A stretch of 33,526 nt of DNA from an uncultured archaeon (GCA_964458565.1 CAYWJO010000029.1:9641-43166), one strand, 5' to 3'. Numbered from the stretch's first letter, positions 8,636-19,167 are shown. Numbers and translations are program-made. The notes: generated by a model not told the origin, from the sequence alone.

Positions 8636-11600
8636 AACACACCAAGAAACAAGTATTCATCGGATTGCTGATAATGGTCTTCGCATTCCAGATATTAGCA
8701 TTAGCGAATCCACTAGGTGATCCACTCCGTTCGATGGACAACAACTCATCAGCAAGAGACAACTCTACATTCGTTGATATTGGGAACGGAGATATTATTG
8801 AGGTAGGACCAGATGAACAACTACATAGCTTTATTCTCACTGAGAATGGATGGGTAGAATACACGGGAACCTCATCTCACCTATCCGGATCTGAATATGG
8901 TAACAGTACCACCACCACCTCAGGAATAGAGATGAATTATCTTCCAACCAATGTAACGAGCGATTCGTATGTAGACATATCAACTGGTTCTGACTGGGAA
9001 GGATACGAGACTTTAGTTACATTCAATGATGTGACCGAGAATAGGACTTGGATTCAAAATCCAACATTCGATCAGGACGCATCTAGTTGGACAGTTACAA
9101 CTTCAAACACAGGATCTTATAGCACACCTGTTTCTGCTTGGAATTCAACTGGACATGGAACAGGCGATGGATGTATTGATCTTGAGATAAACTCGAATAG
9201 TGGGGGAGCTCCATATTATTATGATGCTGGAGACCGTGCTTATGCAACTCAAACAGCCTCAATAAGCCGAGGAACTGTTGTTTGGGCAGGATTCAGTGCT
9301 GACTATTGGGCAGATACTAGAGATGATGTTCATTATGGAATGACAGGTACTTTTGCGCTTTACGTGAATATAGAAGGTAACTCTATCTGGACGGTTGTAT
9401 TCAGTGATGTTGGACAAGAGGAAACTTGGTATAATTCAGGACTGGTAACTGTACCAACGACTACATTTAATCTTCCCACCGATACAAATGTGAATGTGGA
9501 ATTTGGTCTTGAAAGCCGTGCATCAGTAGGATACGCACCAAATATTTTGCCTGCTGCAAAGTACGATAACTTCATTCTCTATATGAAGACACAAACAACT
9601 CCAAGTAGTATCAATCTCGAGATGGATGGCAACTCCGTGAGTGATTATTCTGGGTATGGTTCAGGATATGTGAATGAGATACCTGCTTCACCATGGACCA
9701 AGAATCCAATCCGACTTAATTTCACTTGGGCACCAACTCCAATCAATCCCATCCCCAACTTAACAATCACAGTAGAGTTTGACGTTACTGTGAATATGTA
9801 TACTCGGAAGTATGATACAAGAACAGTGTCAGAAATCGATGCAACTGCGTATGGAGAAAGATTTGTAGTTCAGAATGGAACTGCAGTTAATTATACAACG
9901 TATTTCTACGCTAACATTCCACCTGGTTACGTGAATCGGTATTTCTATAATATCACGATCCCTGATAACCGTGATGTCACCTTTATTGCTAAACCACTTG
10001 CACCTGGAACGAATCTTACAAGCGGATGGAGTGGAGGTCAATTTGGTGATGGTTATGTTAACGTTTCAGCATATGAGGTTGCTACGGCTGCTGGGCGTTA
10101 TGGATACTGGAGAGTCCTTAGTCAAGGAACCAACATGATAACCGATCTTGAAATTTTTGATCCCTCCACATCAACATGGAAACATTCAGTTGATTTGAGA
10201 GCAGGAAACACATCGCAGATTAGAGTCTATGCAGGCGTAGAATTTGAGGATTCAATTGTAAATATTACTATACTTGACCCGCAGGGTAATTCATGGTTCA
10301 GTGCTAATGCTACCGTTGATGCGACAGGTTATGCAACATCAACACAATTCACCGTTAATGGAGATAATGCTGACGCTGGTAGTTGGATGGTCCTAGCATT
10401 TACAAATGATGTTGGCTCAAATGGGGTTTGGCGGTCTACTGGATTCTTCCAGAGACCATTTACTGTTTCTCACTCATCAGAACTATTGATGCATTATCCG
10501 ACTGATGCAATTGGAACCTGGGTCACCAATGTTACATACGGAGACCTCTTACTCATTATTGTCAAGGCTAATGATACAGATAGTGCGATCTTAGTTGCTG
10601 GGGGCGTATTAGATTACTCATGGGCTGCTGGGTCTGGTCAATTCGATGATTCAGGTAACGGACAGTATACGAAAGTAGTTGATACTTCAACACTGAGTGG
10701 TAAGGGTCAATATGCAATGACACTTACATGGACGCATTCATCGTACGATGTTGCAATAGCAACTCTTACAATCAACGTGAATTATGCGTCAACATTGACC
10801 TCACCAGATTACCCAGGAATATCAGGACCTATTGGATCTGAACAAGATTTCACTGTGAAACACGCAAATGTGAATGGCACGAGTATTCTTGGAGGAATTG
10901 TTACATGTAATTGGTCACAACCTTATACTGTAACTCCTCTTGGACAGGGTTCCTATAGAATCGAGCTTGACACAACCTCACTCCAAATTGGAGTGTACGT
11001 AGTAGAGGTATATGCGAAAGCTTCCTTTGTAGAAGGAACATCGATGATAATGTATATCGAGGTTCGAGAGATCTATAATACGGTCACCTATTCAGCTAAT
11101 CAACTCTCTATTCCTGTAGGAGAATCCGATTCGTTTGTTATCACATGGACTGATACTGATACAGGAAATCCAATACAAGTTGGAGAGAGTTATATAACAT
11201 GTAATTGGACATCGTTCCATTCATCAGGCGAACAGAATTACACAATTGCAGAAGAAACACCTGGTAAATATCGAGTGACAATCTTCACAGAATCAGATGA
11301 TCCACTGACTGTACCTGATGAATATTTCTTAGTAGTGTTTATGGTAAATCGTTCAAACTACCAAAATCATACATTTTCTATTGGAGTACAGATAAGAAGT
11401 CACAACACTTTGTTTATCCTTGATGCTCCCATCGAACAAACGGAGTATGGGACTAACATCGTTGTAAGAGTATTCTATAAGGATACTGATCTCAATTTGG
11501 GAATTAAGAATGATACATATTATGTGCGGATTGTTGTAACGACACCAGAGATAATACTGTGGTACACATCAATTGATTCGATTCTTGGTGATGGGCACTT

Positions 11601-14600
11601 CAACATTACAATCCCAAGTAGTCAATGGGGAGCTATAGGTTGGAGGAATCTCACAATAACAGCGAGTTGGATAGGACCTGTCCAGAAGTATTTCGAGGGA
11701 ACAATAGACACACAGGTTAGGGTTTTAGGAACTGAAACCGATTTGTATCTTGAATTAGCACCATCTGCTACTTACTACCAGAATAACTTCACATTTAGTG
11801 CTGTATACTGGGATGCTATCAACTCAACAAGAATCTCAAGCCCTGGTAACGTGTATATTGTTATCGAACCCATTACAACAGGACATCCAGTCACTCAAGA
11901 TGACTTCATGATTTCAGAATCCAGTACTATACCTGGTACATATGAGTTTGGAATAGATAGCTCGCAATTCTTGAGGTTAGGCACCTTCCGATTTAGGCTG
12001 TCATTACTGTGGTCCAAAGGAGTGTCCCCACTTTATGAAAATCAGACTATGACATTCACACTCATCGTATTAGCTAGACCAACATACATTGATTACAATC
12101 CGGTTCAAACTACGCCATTTAATGAAACTGCTGAATTATCATTCACTTTTGTTGACGCATTTTCTATAACAAAGATTGTGAACTCATCAAGTATTGAGAT
12201 TTCCATAAATGAAGGAACAGTATCGTATACGATTAGCTATAATTCATTAGAGCGTCTTTTCTCAATCTACATCGATACTGAATCTTTAGGAGGAGTTGGA
12301 TCATTTATTCTACACCTCAATTTGACCTATTCTGGAGAACCATTCTATACATCACACCAGAACGATGCCTTTACGGTCACAGTTGAGCTAAGAAATACTC
12401 AGCTCTCTCATCTGTCGTTTGCACCAGCTCAATATGGAAACAATGTCACAATAGAATTTGTATTCACAGATCTTGTATCACAATCTACAAGCGGAATGAC
12501 AGGATCTCTTAGTCTTAATGTCTGGTTGGTAGGATGGTATACAGTCCAACCACAGGGAAATGGTCATTATCTTGTAGAAATAGATACCACGGGATTTGCT
12601 AGCGATGGGTTGTACGTAATAACAGCAACAATTACTTACACAGGAAGCAACTTTGCAGATGACGCAAATGAGGACTTTGGTTTCACAGTATTAAAACGGG
12701 TTACTCAACTTGGATATGATAGCCCAGATCCTACCCCATATCAGTCAAACATAACGTTCATAGTATCATATACAGACGACACAACCGGGGCTGGTATTTC
12801 AGGAGCAAATATTTACGTTAGCTGTGACACATCCGATGATATCTTAGTCAATGGTTCAAATTACTGGTACGAGAATCCATTTGCAGGACAATATATCATA
12901 TACGTTGATTCAGTTGCTTTAGGTGCTCCAAACACCTACTCATTAAATGTCACAGTGACGTGGACAGATACTCCATTCTACGAAACAGTGTCTAGATTTA
13001 TATCATCGCGAGTGACTGAGAGAACCACACAAATTTTGATCACCAAGACACCAGGAGAAACGCCTTACCTTGAGAATGTTACTTTCAGATTCAGATACAA
13101 TGATTTCCTAACTGGTGAGAGTATTAGTATTCAGAAACAACATATCTCTCTAGCATTTGGACCAACATTGATTGAAATTGCCTCAGTTAATTTTAGTTTT
13201 ACATACCAGGATCCATACTACGAAATCAGTTTTAGCTCGGCAGTACTAAGTGAAACATCACTCGGTTCATATACTCTTGAATTAACAATAGATCGTAGTG
13301 GCTCAATACCATATTATGCAATAAGAAGCAAAACAACATCAGCAACTGTCATTGAGAGACCGACCCAGATATTCTTCCCACTCGTGCAGGATACACCATT
13401 TGGTGATACAATAATCATAGATCTCGATTACGTGGATTATCTGACTGGTGGTGGTATTGACGACGCAGATATTCAAGTGACATCACTAAATCTCACAACT
13501 CCTTCGTTCACATTAGTTAGATTAACGGAGGGTTCGTACAAACTCCAAATTCCGAGTAATCAATTTGGTCGATCAGGTATTGTATACTTTGATTTCACAA
13601 TATCCATTTCAGGAGCACCCTTCTATGCAAGCAGATCAGCAACTGATGTAATCGCTACCATACGATTGATTCAGGTTTCACTAACGGCTGATACTCCAGC
13701 ACCCGGTTCTATTCCAGTTGGTGCCCCAATGGTAATTAATCTCACACTCATTGATTATGACCATGATACAACTATAGATAATGCTACAATTTTCACAGAT
13801 TGGGATATTCTTCAGAATAGGAACTATGTTGTGGATGTACTAGGCAATGGCAAGTATAGAGTTACGTTAAACATGACCGGACTTCTGGCACAAGAGTATA
13901 CATTGCACGCCTGGGTTGTGAAGACCAATTATGAACTAGAAATAATCACTTTTAGTGTACAACCAGGTGTTGCCACAATTGAGATACTTCTTGACAGAAC
14001 AACATACTATGTGGATTGGGGACAAGATATCTTTATTGAAGTACAGATTCTTGATCCCTTCTATGGTTCTCCTGTGCCAGGTATGAATGTAACACTCACA
14101 TGGGGTGCAATTGAATACATATTTGCTGATATTGGAGAGGGAATCTATCAATTATTTGTAAGCAGTAGAAACCAAGATGCAGGATTCTATACTCCCACGA
14201 TATCAGCTTCATATGAATTCTATCAGACTCGACAAAAGACATTCAGTTTAGTAGTCACTCGAGCCACAGGTCAGATAATTCCAGAATTATCAACAGTGTA
14301 CGTAGTAGTTGGGACTCAGACTGAATTCACAGTCTACCTGAATGATACGATTTCAAATCTCCCAATTGATGGCGCAACAGTCGAGATGGAGTGGAAAGAG
14401 CACATCATTTCAATGACATATAATGGAACACCAGGATTCTATAATACAACATTAGATGTTGGAGGATTAGCTATTGGAATCTATGATCTGAGCTTCACCG
14501 GAATAGCCACAAATCATGATTTTCTAAAAGTGACTGTTGACGTTTCAGTTACTCCGGTACCAACATCGATATCATTACTCAGTGGCGTAACATCGCCTAG

Positions 14601-16392
14601 ACCGATTTTTGGAGACAGTTTCGATGTCACTATTGGTTACAATGATACATATTATCTTGGATCAATTAGTGGTGCTACAGTTAGCTATCTATTAGGTCCA
14701 ATCGGTGGCACTTTCACTGAAAACCCAGATGGAAGTTACTCAGCTTCAATAGATACAAGTCAGATTGGAGCTCGGGTTCTAAGGTTACAAATCAGGGCTA
14801 CTAAAACAAACTATAGCACCGGTAGTCTAACCCTATTCGTTAATATCCGACCAATTCCCACTGAAGTAACTGTTGATGATAGCTTAAAAGATGGGTACTT
14901 TGGTGATAATGTTACGTTCACATTCCACCTTCGTGATACACACAATGATGAAGATATCATAAACGCATCACTGTTTGTGGAGTGGGACGGAGGGACATAT
15001 GCATTCAGAGAGATCGGAGGAGGATTCTATGAGGTTGAAATAAACCTGAATCAGACAATACCTCGATTATATGAATTATCCGTCATATTCACTCGACTAA
15101 ACTATGCTAGTACATCTAATCGGCCTGGTGTTGTTCTGAGAGCAACTCCTGGAGAGATAGTGGGTCCATCAAGTGTTTCAATACCATTTAACGATTCTAT
15201 CACCATTTCATTCATGGTAAATAATACACTCAGAAATAGTTTAATCTTAGATGTTTCAGGAGCTGCCTATTGGCAGACAGGTACTGTTTCGTTGCTTGAA
15301 CCACAAGAAGATGGAACATTCACTCTCAATATTCCAGATGACGTGCCAATGGGGACGTACAGCATGGATATTGTCTTTGAGAGTGTCTTGTATACCATCT
15401 CACCATTAACTATCGAAGTAGTAGTTAGACCAATAGAAACAGCTTTGTATACGGATGAGCAGCAGATTTTGACTCAACGTGGAGCAGCAATCATATTGAC
15501 AGTAAGTTTTATAGATTTGGATCATGATATTGGTATATCTGGAATTCTACCAAATGTCACCTATGACGACACTCTGGTCATTTACTATCCAGGATATACT
15601 AGTGAGCCATTTGATAATGGTACCTATCAGCTTTATTTCACAGTCATCGGATCAAACCAATTCACAATCAAGATAGGATTTGAGAAGGAAGATTACTTTA
15701 CACCAGAACCATTGATTTTCACCATTAATTCAGACATTACTGAAGAACAGAGATTACAGCAAGTAATCGGTTATCTTGGCGGATTCAGCTTCTTTGTTAT
15801 TGCATTAGCACTGGCTTTGTATGTTAGAATTTGGAGTATTCCTTGGATTATACGTGCTCTGAATAGACTAATCAGTATGCTCAGTAAAGGTAGAGTTCCC
15901 AAACCAGTTGATGTAAGAACTAGAACAGAATTGGTCAGTGAATTTGTAAATGATGAATTAAAGCCTGTTGGAATTCAGAAAGAAATTGAAGATATCACTG
16001 GGTATTCTATCAGAATTGATGTGCCTGAGGTTGATGCATTACTGGAAAGATTAGCAGATATCACCAACCTTGGACCTGATGAACTTGCAGCATTCCGAGC
16101 AGACCTCTCAAGGATGAAAGCTAGTGAAAGACCTGGTTTCCTCAGAGAAGTTATCGAACAAGAAGAAGCTAGACGTGCAGATGCATTAGCTGAAAGAGAT
16201 GGAGTGAGGAAAACTGATAGAGATGCTGAACTCCTCGGAGCACAACCCGAGGAGCTTGAGAGTATCCGCAAGAAACTCCGACAGAAAGGAATGGCAGATT
16301 CTGAAATTGAAATTATAATTCAACAAGCTGAGAATCTTTCGAAGGCTGATCTCGAGGCACTACTAGACAGTCTTGGAATTCGACTCGATTAA
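8632..16392 (+). CDS. Giant type I membrane surface glycoprotein B, full-length paralogue of A
   Basis: 2586-aa ORF. Its ATG overlaps the TGA of A (ATGA) and is preceded by GGAGGTG. Collinear motifs shared with A include GSEYG, WEGY, TENRTW, DYWAD, NF.W.PTP, VNVSAY, VDATG and CNW. TM VIGYLGGFSFFVIALALALYV at about 15763-15825; homologous tail. Confidence 0.92.
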   Translation: MKHTKKQVFIGLLIMVFAFQILALANPLGDPLRSMDNNSSARDNSTFVDIGNGDIIEVGPDEQLHSFILTENGWVEYTGTSSHLSGSEYGNSTTTTSGIEMNYLPTNVTSDSYVDISTGSDWEGYETLVTFNDVTENRTWIQNPTFDQDASSWTVTTSNTGSYSTPVSAWNSTGHGTGDGCIDLEINSNSGGAPYYYDAGDRAYATQTASISRGTVVWAGFSADYWADTRDDVHYGMTGTFALYVNIEGNSIWTVVFSDVGQEETWYNSGLVTVPTTTFNLPTDTNVNVEFGLESRASVGYAPNILPAAKYDNFILYMKTQTTPSSINLEMDGNSVSDYSGYGSGYVNEIPASPWTKNPIRLNFTWAPTPINPIPNLTITVEFDVTVNMYTRKYDTRTVSEIDATAYGERFVVQNGTAVNYTTYFYANIPPGYVNRYFYNITIPDNRDVTFIAKPLAPGTNLTSGWSGGQFGDGYVNVSAYEVATAAGRYGYWRVLSQGTNMITDLEIFDPSTSTWKHSVDLRAGNTSQIRVYAGVEFEDSIVNITILDPQGNSWFSANATVDATGYATSTQFTVNGDNADAGSWMVLAFTNDVGSNGVWRSTGFFQRPFTVSHSSELLMHYPTDAIGTWVTNVTYGDLLLIIVKANDTDSAILVAGGVLDYSWAAGSGQFDDSGNGQYTKVVDTSTLSGKGQYAMTLTWTHSSYDVAIATLTINVNYASTLTSPDYPGISGPIGSEQDFTVKHANVNGTSILGGIVTCNWSQPYTVTPLGQGSYRIELDTTSLQIGVYVVEVYAKASFVEGTSMIMYIEVREIYNTVTYSANQLSIPVGESDSFVITWTDTDTGNPIQVGESYITCNWTSFHSSGEQNYTIAEETPGKYRVTIFTESDDPLTVPDEYFLVVFMVNRSNYQNHTFSIGVQIRSHNTLFILDAPIEQTEYGTNIVVRVFYKDTDLNLGIKNDTYYVRIVVTTPEIILWYTSIDSILGDGHFNITIPSSQWGAIGWRNLTITASWIGPVQKYFEGTIDTQVRVLGTETDLYLELAPSATYYQNNFTFSAVYWDAINSTRISSPGNVYIVIEPITTGHPVTQDDFMISESSTIPGTYEFGIDSSQFLRLGTFRFRLSLLWSKGVSPLYENQTMTFTLIVLARPTYIDYNPVQTTPFNETAELSFTFVDAFSITKIVNSSSIEISINEGTVSYTISYNSLERLFSIYIDTESLGGVGSFILHLNLTYSGEPFYTSHQNDAFTVTVELRNTQLSHLSFAPAQYGNNVTIEFVFTDLVSQSTSGMTGSLSLNVWLVGWYTVQPQGNGHYLVEIDTTGFASDGLYVITATITYTGSNFADDANEDFGFTVLKRVTQLGYDSPDPTPYQSNITFIVSYTDDTTGAGISGANIYVSCDTSDDILVNGSNYWYENPFAGQYIIYVDSVALGAPNTYSLNVTVTWTDTPFYETVSRFISSRVTERTTQILITKTPGETPYLENVTFRFRYNDFLTGESISIQKQHISLAFGPTLIEIASVNFSFTYQDPYYEISFSSAVLSETSLGSYTLELTIDRSGSIPYYAIRSKTTSATVIERPTQIFFPLVQDTPFGDTIIIDLDYVDYLTGGGIDDADIQVTSLNLTTPSFTLVRLTEGSYKLQIPSNQFGRSGIVYFDFTISISGAPFYASRSATDVIATIRLIQVSLTADTPAPGSIPVGAPMVINLTLIDYDHDTTIDNATIFTDWDILQNRNYVVDVLGNGKYRVTLNMTGLLAQEYTLHAWVVKTNYELEIITFSVQPGVATIEILLDRTTYYVDWGQDIFIEVQILDPFYGSPVPGMNVTLTWGAIEYIFADIGEGIYQLFVSSRNQDAGFYTPTISASYEFYQTRQKTFSLVVTRATGQIIPELSTVYVVVGTQTEFTVYLNDTISNLPIDGATVEMEWKEHIISMTYNGTPGFYNTTLDVGGLAIGIYDLSFTGIATNHDFLKVTVDVSVTPVPTSISLLSGVTSPRPIFGDSFDVTIGYNDTYYLGSISGATVSYLLGPIGGTFTENPDGSYSASIDTSQIGARVLRLQIRATKTNYSTGSLTLFVNIRPIPTEVTVDDSLKDGYFGDNVTFTFHLRDTHNDEDIINASLFVEWDGGTYAFREIGGGFYEVEINLNQTIPRLYELSVIFTRLNYASTSNRPGVVLRATPGEIVGPSSVSIPFNDSITISFMVNNTLRNSLILDVSGAAYWQTGTVSLLEPQEDGTFTLNIPDDVPMGTYSMDIVFESVLYTISPLTIEVVVRPIETALYTDEQQILTQRGAAIILTVSFIDLDHDIGISGILPNVTYDDTLVIYYPGYTSEPFDNGTYQLYFTVIGSNQFTIKIGFEKEDYFTPEPLIFTINSDITEEQRLQQVIGYLGGFSFFVIALALALYVRIWSIPWIIRALNRLISMLSKGRVPKPVDVRTRTELVSEFVNDELKPVGIQKEIEDITGYSIRIDVPEVDALLERLADITNLGPDELAAFRADLSRMKASERPGFLREVIEQEEARRADALAERDGVRKTDRDAELLGAQPEELESIRKKLRQKGMADSEIEIIIQQAENLSKADLEALLDSLGIRLD
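10471..15735 (+). repeat. Protein-level tandem array of 17 Ig-like repeats in glycoprotein B
   Basis: Repeat starts: HSS, YAS, IYN, HNT, TET, RPT, RNT, RVT, RTT, RPT, IQV, GVA, ATG, VPT, IPT, TPG, IET. Each unit resembles the same-numbered unit of A. Confidence 0.8.
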
Positions 16393-16401
16393 TGCACTAT
16401 T

Positions 16402-16440
16402 GGTGCACCATTTTATGATGGGTGCACCTCCTCTTTCCTT
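16402..16440. terminator. Hairpin between convergent genes, probable terminator
   Basis: GGTGCACC at 16402-16409 and 16421-16428 form an inverted repeat, followed by the pyrimidine tract TCCTCTTTCCTT, in the 50-bp gap between convergent stop codons. Confidence 0.55.
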
Positions 16441-16442
16441 AA

Positions 16443-17468
16443 TCAATCAGGTACTGTATTATCCGATGATTTTCGTCTTCTGCGTGTCACTATGGTTAAT
16501 GCACCAAATCCAACAATGACGCTGAACCAAAGAGTCACAAATCTAATCAATAGAGTTGCGGTGCTTGCGATGGTAAGAGTTATTCCAAGAATTGTAGTCA
16601 TCACTGCAACTGCAAATGTTTCATATCCTCCGAGGCCTCCTGGAAGAAATATGAGAATAGCTCCAACCGACGATGCCGCAGCATGAATGAATGTAACTTG
16701 CGATAGTAGTATCAACGAGGCCATGGTTAGTGAGGGTAGTCCAACCCCAGTCAATATACTCAACAATAGCCAGAGTTCAAGACATTCCATAAACCAACCA
16801 GGAATGCTGATTGCAGTTCCAACAAGCATTGGTTTTGGAGAGAGCGTTTTAAGCATTGTATCCTCTACAAGGTTCATGCTATTCTGAAAGCGCTTCAATG
16901 GACCCAAGCCTGTGAGCTTGTCTAAGACTTTCCTGTAGAATTTCTCATTACTGAGTACAAGTGCCCCAACAAAGAGCATACCTCCAACAATGAGTAAGAG
17001 AATCAGTTCGTTTCCAACAGATATTCCAATTATGAATGAGAAGAGAGCGAGTAAAACCATCGCAAGTAGATCAGTGACTCGTTCTGATATAACGACAGGA
17101 GCAGTCTTTGCAATTGGAGTTCCATCTATCTCATTTATAAAATACCCTTTGATTACCTCACCAACTTTTCCAGGAGTGACTGTAAGTGTGAAACCAGCCA
17201 AGAAAACACTGAAGCTATCTCTGTGTGATAAGTATACATCGATTCGATGGAGGTAATATTGCCATTTGATATACCTTATTGCATAATTGAGAAAAGATAA
17301 TGCCATCATCGTTGGTAGAATCCACCAAAGCTCAAGAGATGCTAGTAATCCAACAACCTGGTCGATTTGACCAATCCAAGCAATGATTAGATAGATAATC
17401 ACGCCAAGCAGAACAAAGACAACAACCTTTGTTGGGCTGATGAACGTGGAGTCTGCCTTGTCATTCAC
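16443..17468 (-). CDS. UPF0104 / lysylphosphatidylglycerol-synthase-TM-like polytopic membrane protein (putative flippase or lipid-linked sugar transferase)
   Basis: Motifs R..KW..YL, TPGKVGE..K, SER..DLL, PGGLG.YE and IRF.TLWF, with about 8 hydrophobic helices. The likely start is GTG at 17468, overlapping the PHP stop (GTGA), rather than 17549. Confidence 0.85.
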   Translation of the reverse strand: MNDKADSTFISPTKVVVFVLLGVIIYLIIAWIGQIDQVVGLLASLELWWILPTMMALSFLNYAIRYIKWQYYLHRIDVYLSHRDSFSVFLAGFTLTVTPGKVGEVIKGYFINEIDGTPIAKTAPVVISERVTDLLAMVLLALFSFIIGISVGNELILLLIVGGMLFVGALVLSNEKFYRKVLDKLTGLGPLKRFQNSMNLVEDTMLKTLSPKPMLVGTAISIPGWFMECLELWLLLSILTGVGLPSLTMASLILLSQVTFIHAAASSVGAILIFLPGGLGGYETFAVAVMTTILGITLTIASTATLLIRFVTLWFSVIVGFGALTIVTRRRRKSSDNTVPD

Positions 17469-18154
17469 ACTTTGGGTATCGGCCACTTTGAATACCTCCG
17501 AATTCTTTGCCAAATCGAACTGGGAATATGAACCCAGAAGAAGGAACAATGACCACTGATTTGTGTGTGTCCTTTCCTTAGCTCCTCGTAAACATCTTCA
17601 GGAGTCTCAATACCCTGAAGCCATGTCTTTGCATGACCAATTTCTAAGAATGAATGTGCGTCGCTACCAGCAGTCATGGGTTTCCTCAGTCGCTCCGCAA
17701 GCCTCTGGGCTTGAGTATTGAATAAGTTGATTATGTTTCTTGAATTGATTCCTTCAATAAGATCAACATGTTTCTTTATGATTACCTCAGAGAGTCCTTT
17801 CCTAATTGCAGTGTGTTTACGTGTAATATCATAAGGATGAGGAAGAATTACGAATCCATTCTGGTCATGAATATCCTCTGCAATTTCAACAAATGATCGA
17901 TTCTCAATGGGTTCACTAATGAACAAACCTATAATTTCTCCCGAGTCAGTCGATTTGAATTCACAGGCGGGAATTAGAAATCTTTCATCTCGGATAATTG
18001 TCTTACGTAAAGAAGGTCTCCAATGCTCAGTCAATGCGATTCCTTTTAGTCCAACTCGCTTCATCTGTTTAAAGAGTGTTCTTGGATTATTCAGCCCATC
18101 CTTAGAGTGAATGGTATGAAAGTGGAAATCGAAAGCCGATAATTCTTGACTCAT
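17465..18154 (-). CDS. PHP-domain metal-dependent phosphoesterase
   Basis: PHP metal ligand motifs DFHFHTIHSKDG, TEH, PHP, EGIN and GSDAH. Confidence 0.9.
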   Translation of the reverse strand: MSQELSAFDFHFHTIHSKDGLNNPRTLFKQMKRVGLKGIALTEHWRPSLRKTIIRDERFLIPACEFKSTDSGEIIGLFISEPIENRSFVEIAEDIHDQNGFVILPHPYDITRKHTAIRKGLSEVIIKKHVDLIEGINSRNIINLFNTQAQRLAERLRKPMTAGSDAHSFLEIGHAKTWLQGIETPEDVYEELRKGHTQISGHCSFFWVHIPSSIWQRIRRYSKWPIPKV

Positions 18155-18166
18155 TCATTCACCGCG

Positions 18167-19153
18167 CTACGGGATTATTATTGATTGAAACAGTGTTTCA
18201 AGTGTTGTGATTATTGGGTCCCAGAAAAAGAGAGTCACAAACAATGCCAACACAAATAGAATTCCCCCAATCAATATACCTTTATCTTTAATGGCAAGAT
18301 GAGGTTTTCTACCAACTGGCGAACCTATTTGAATCAAGTAGATGTAACGCATCAAAATTCCGGCAGCTATAGGAACAGTCAGCATTACAGGCTGTGTAGC
18401 CATTCTATCTCCAAATTGATTGTAGCAATATAGTGCATAGAAAAGAACAACCCAAGTTCCTGACATCGTTATACCTTGATTGAGTATTTCATCAGTATAC
18501 TGCTTGAAAACCGGTTTGTGAAGAGGAGCTTCATCGCCTAATAACTGGAGCTCATTCTTTCGTTTTCCAAATGCTAGTACAAGTGCAACGAAGAAGATAC
18601 CGATTATTAACCATGAGGTGAATGGAATAGGATTACCAAGCGCATCTCTGATCAGGAATGTTCCAGCAACAGCTCGGATAATGAATCCTACTGCAATAAT
18701 ACACACATCAACGACTGCCCAATTTCTGAGTTTCCAACTATAGAGTTGTGAATTTAATATATAGAATAGAATAGATAGAAGAAAAAAGCCACTACCTAGA
18801 ATGAATAACGAGATGATTAGACTAATAGCATAGAGAGCAATAGCTAATATAAGAGCAAATTCTTTCGAAACGCGACCTGCTGGGAGAGGTCGTTCCATCT
18901 TCTCAGGGTGTGCAGCATCTTTTTCGATATCAAAGAGGTCATTTAGGATATAACCAGCTGATGAAACAGCACAGAAAACCAGAAAACCCAAAATGAGAGG
19001 CGGATATTTTGTCAAGTCGAAAACGGCTGGTATTTGTGTCCATGGCCATTCAAGTGGTTGAGGAACCTCAACAAACACAATAGCAACAAAAACGAGGAGA
19101 TTCTTGTACCATTGATGAGGCCTCATTAAACGAAGATAATCTTTCAATGCCAT
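18167..19153 (-). CDS. ubiA: UbiA-superfamily protein, decaprenyl-phosphate phosphoribosyltransferase (Rv3806c/DPPR synthase) type
   Basis: RPHQWYKNLLVF, YILNDLFDIEKDAAHPEK..RPL.AG, DV..IA.GF..RA.AG and LAFGKRKNEL are characteristic of the phosphoribosyltransferase branch of UbiA. Multiple TM helices. Confidence 0.85.
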   Translation of the reverse strand: MALKDYLRLMRPHQWYKNLLVFVAIVFVEVPQPLEWPWTQIPAVFDLTKYPPLILGFLVFCAVSSAGYILNDLFDIEKDAAHPEKMERPLPAGRVSKEFALILAIALYAISLIISLFILGSGFFLLSILFYILNSQLYSWKLRNWAVVDVCIIAVGFIIRAVAGTFLIRDALGNPIPFTSWLIIGIFFVALVLAFGKRKNELQLLGDEAPLHKPVFKQYTDEILNQGITMSGTWVVLFYALYCYNQFGDRMATQPVMLTVPIAAGILMRYIYLIQIGSPVGRKPHLAIKDKGILIGGILFVLALFVTLFFWDPIITTLETLFQSIIIP

Positions 19154-19167
19154 TGCTATAATTCCTA

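Noticed and set aside
1224-16271. Many short alternative-frame and antisense ORFs inside the two giant genes
   Set aside because: They are shadows of strongly supported CDSs and have no motifs of their own.
779-16392. Single frameshifted gene, assembly duplication or diversity-generating retroelement target
   Set aside because: Each ORF has its own signal peptide, TM and tail; the DNA is strongly diverged between them; no reverse transcriptase or near-identical TR/VR pair was seen.
17469-17549. N-terminal extension of the UPF0104 ORF
   Set aside because: It overlaps the PHP gene by 85 bp; GTG17468 gives a standard 4-bp coupling overlap.
18167-19153. DGGGP synthase for archaeal ether lipid synthesis
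   Set aside because: The RP.QW.KN, HP.K..RP and KR..EL motifs fit the phosphoribosyltransferase branch better.
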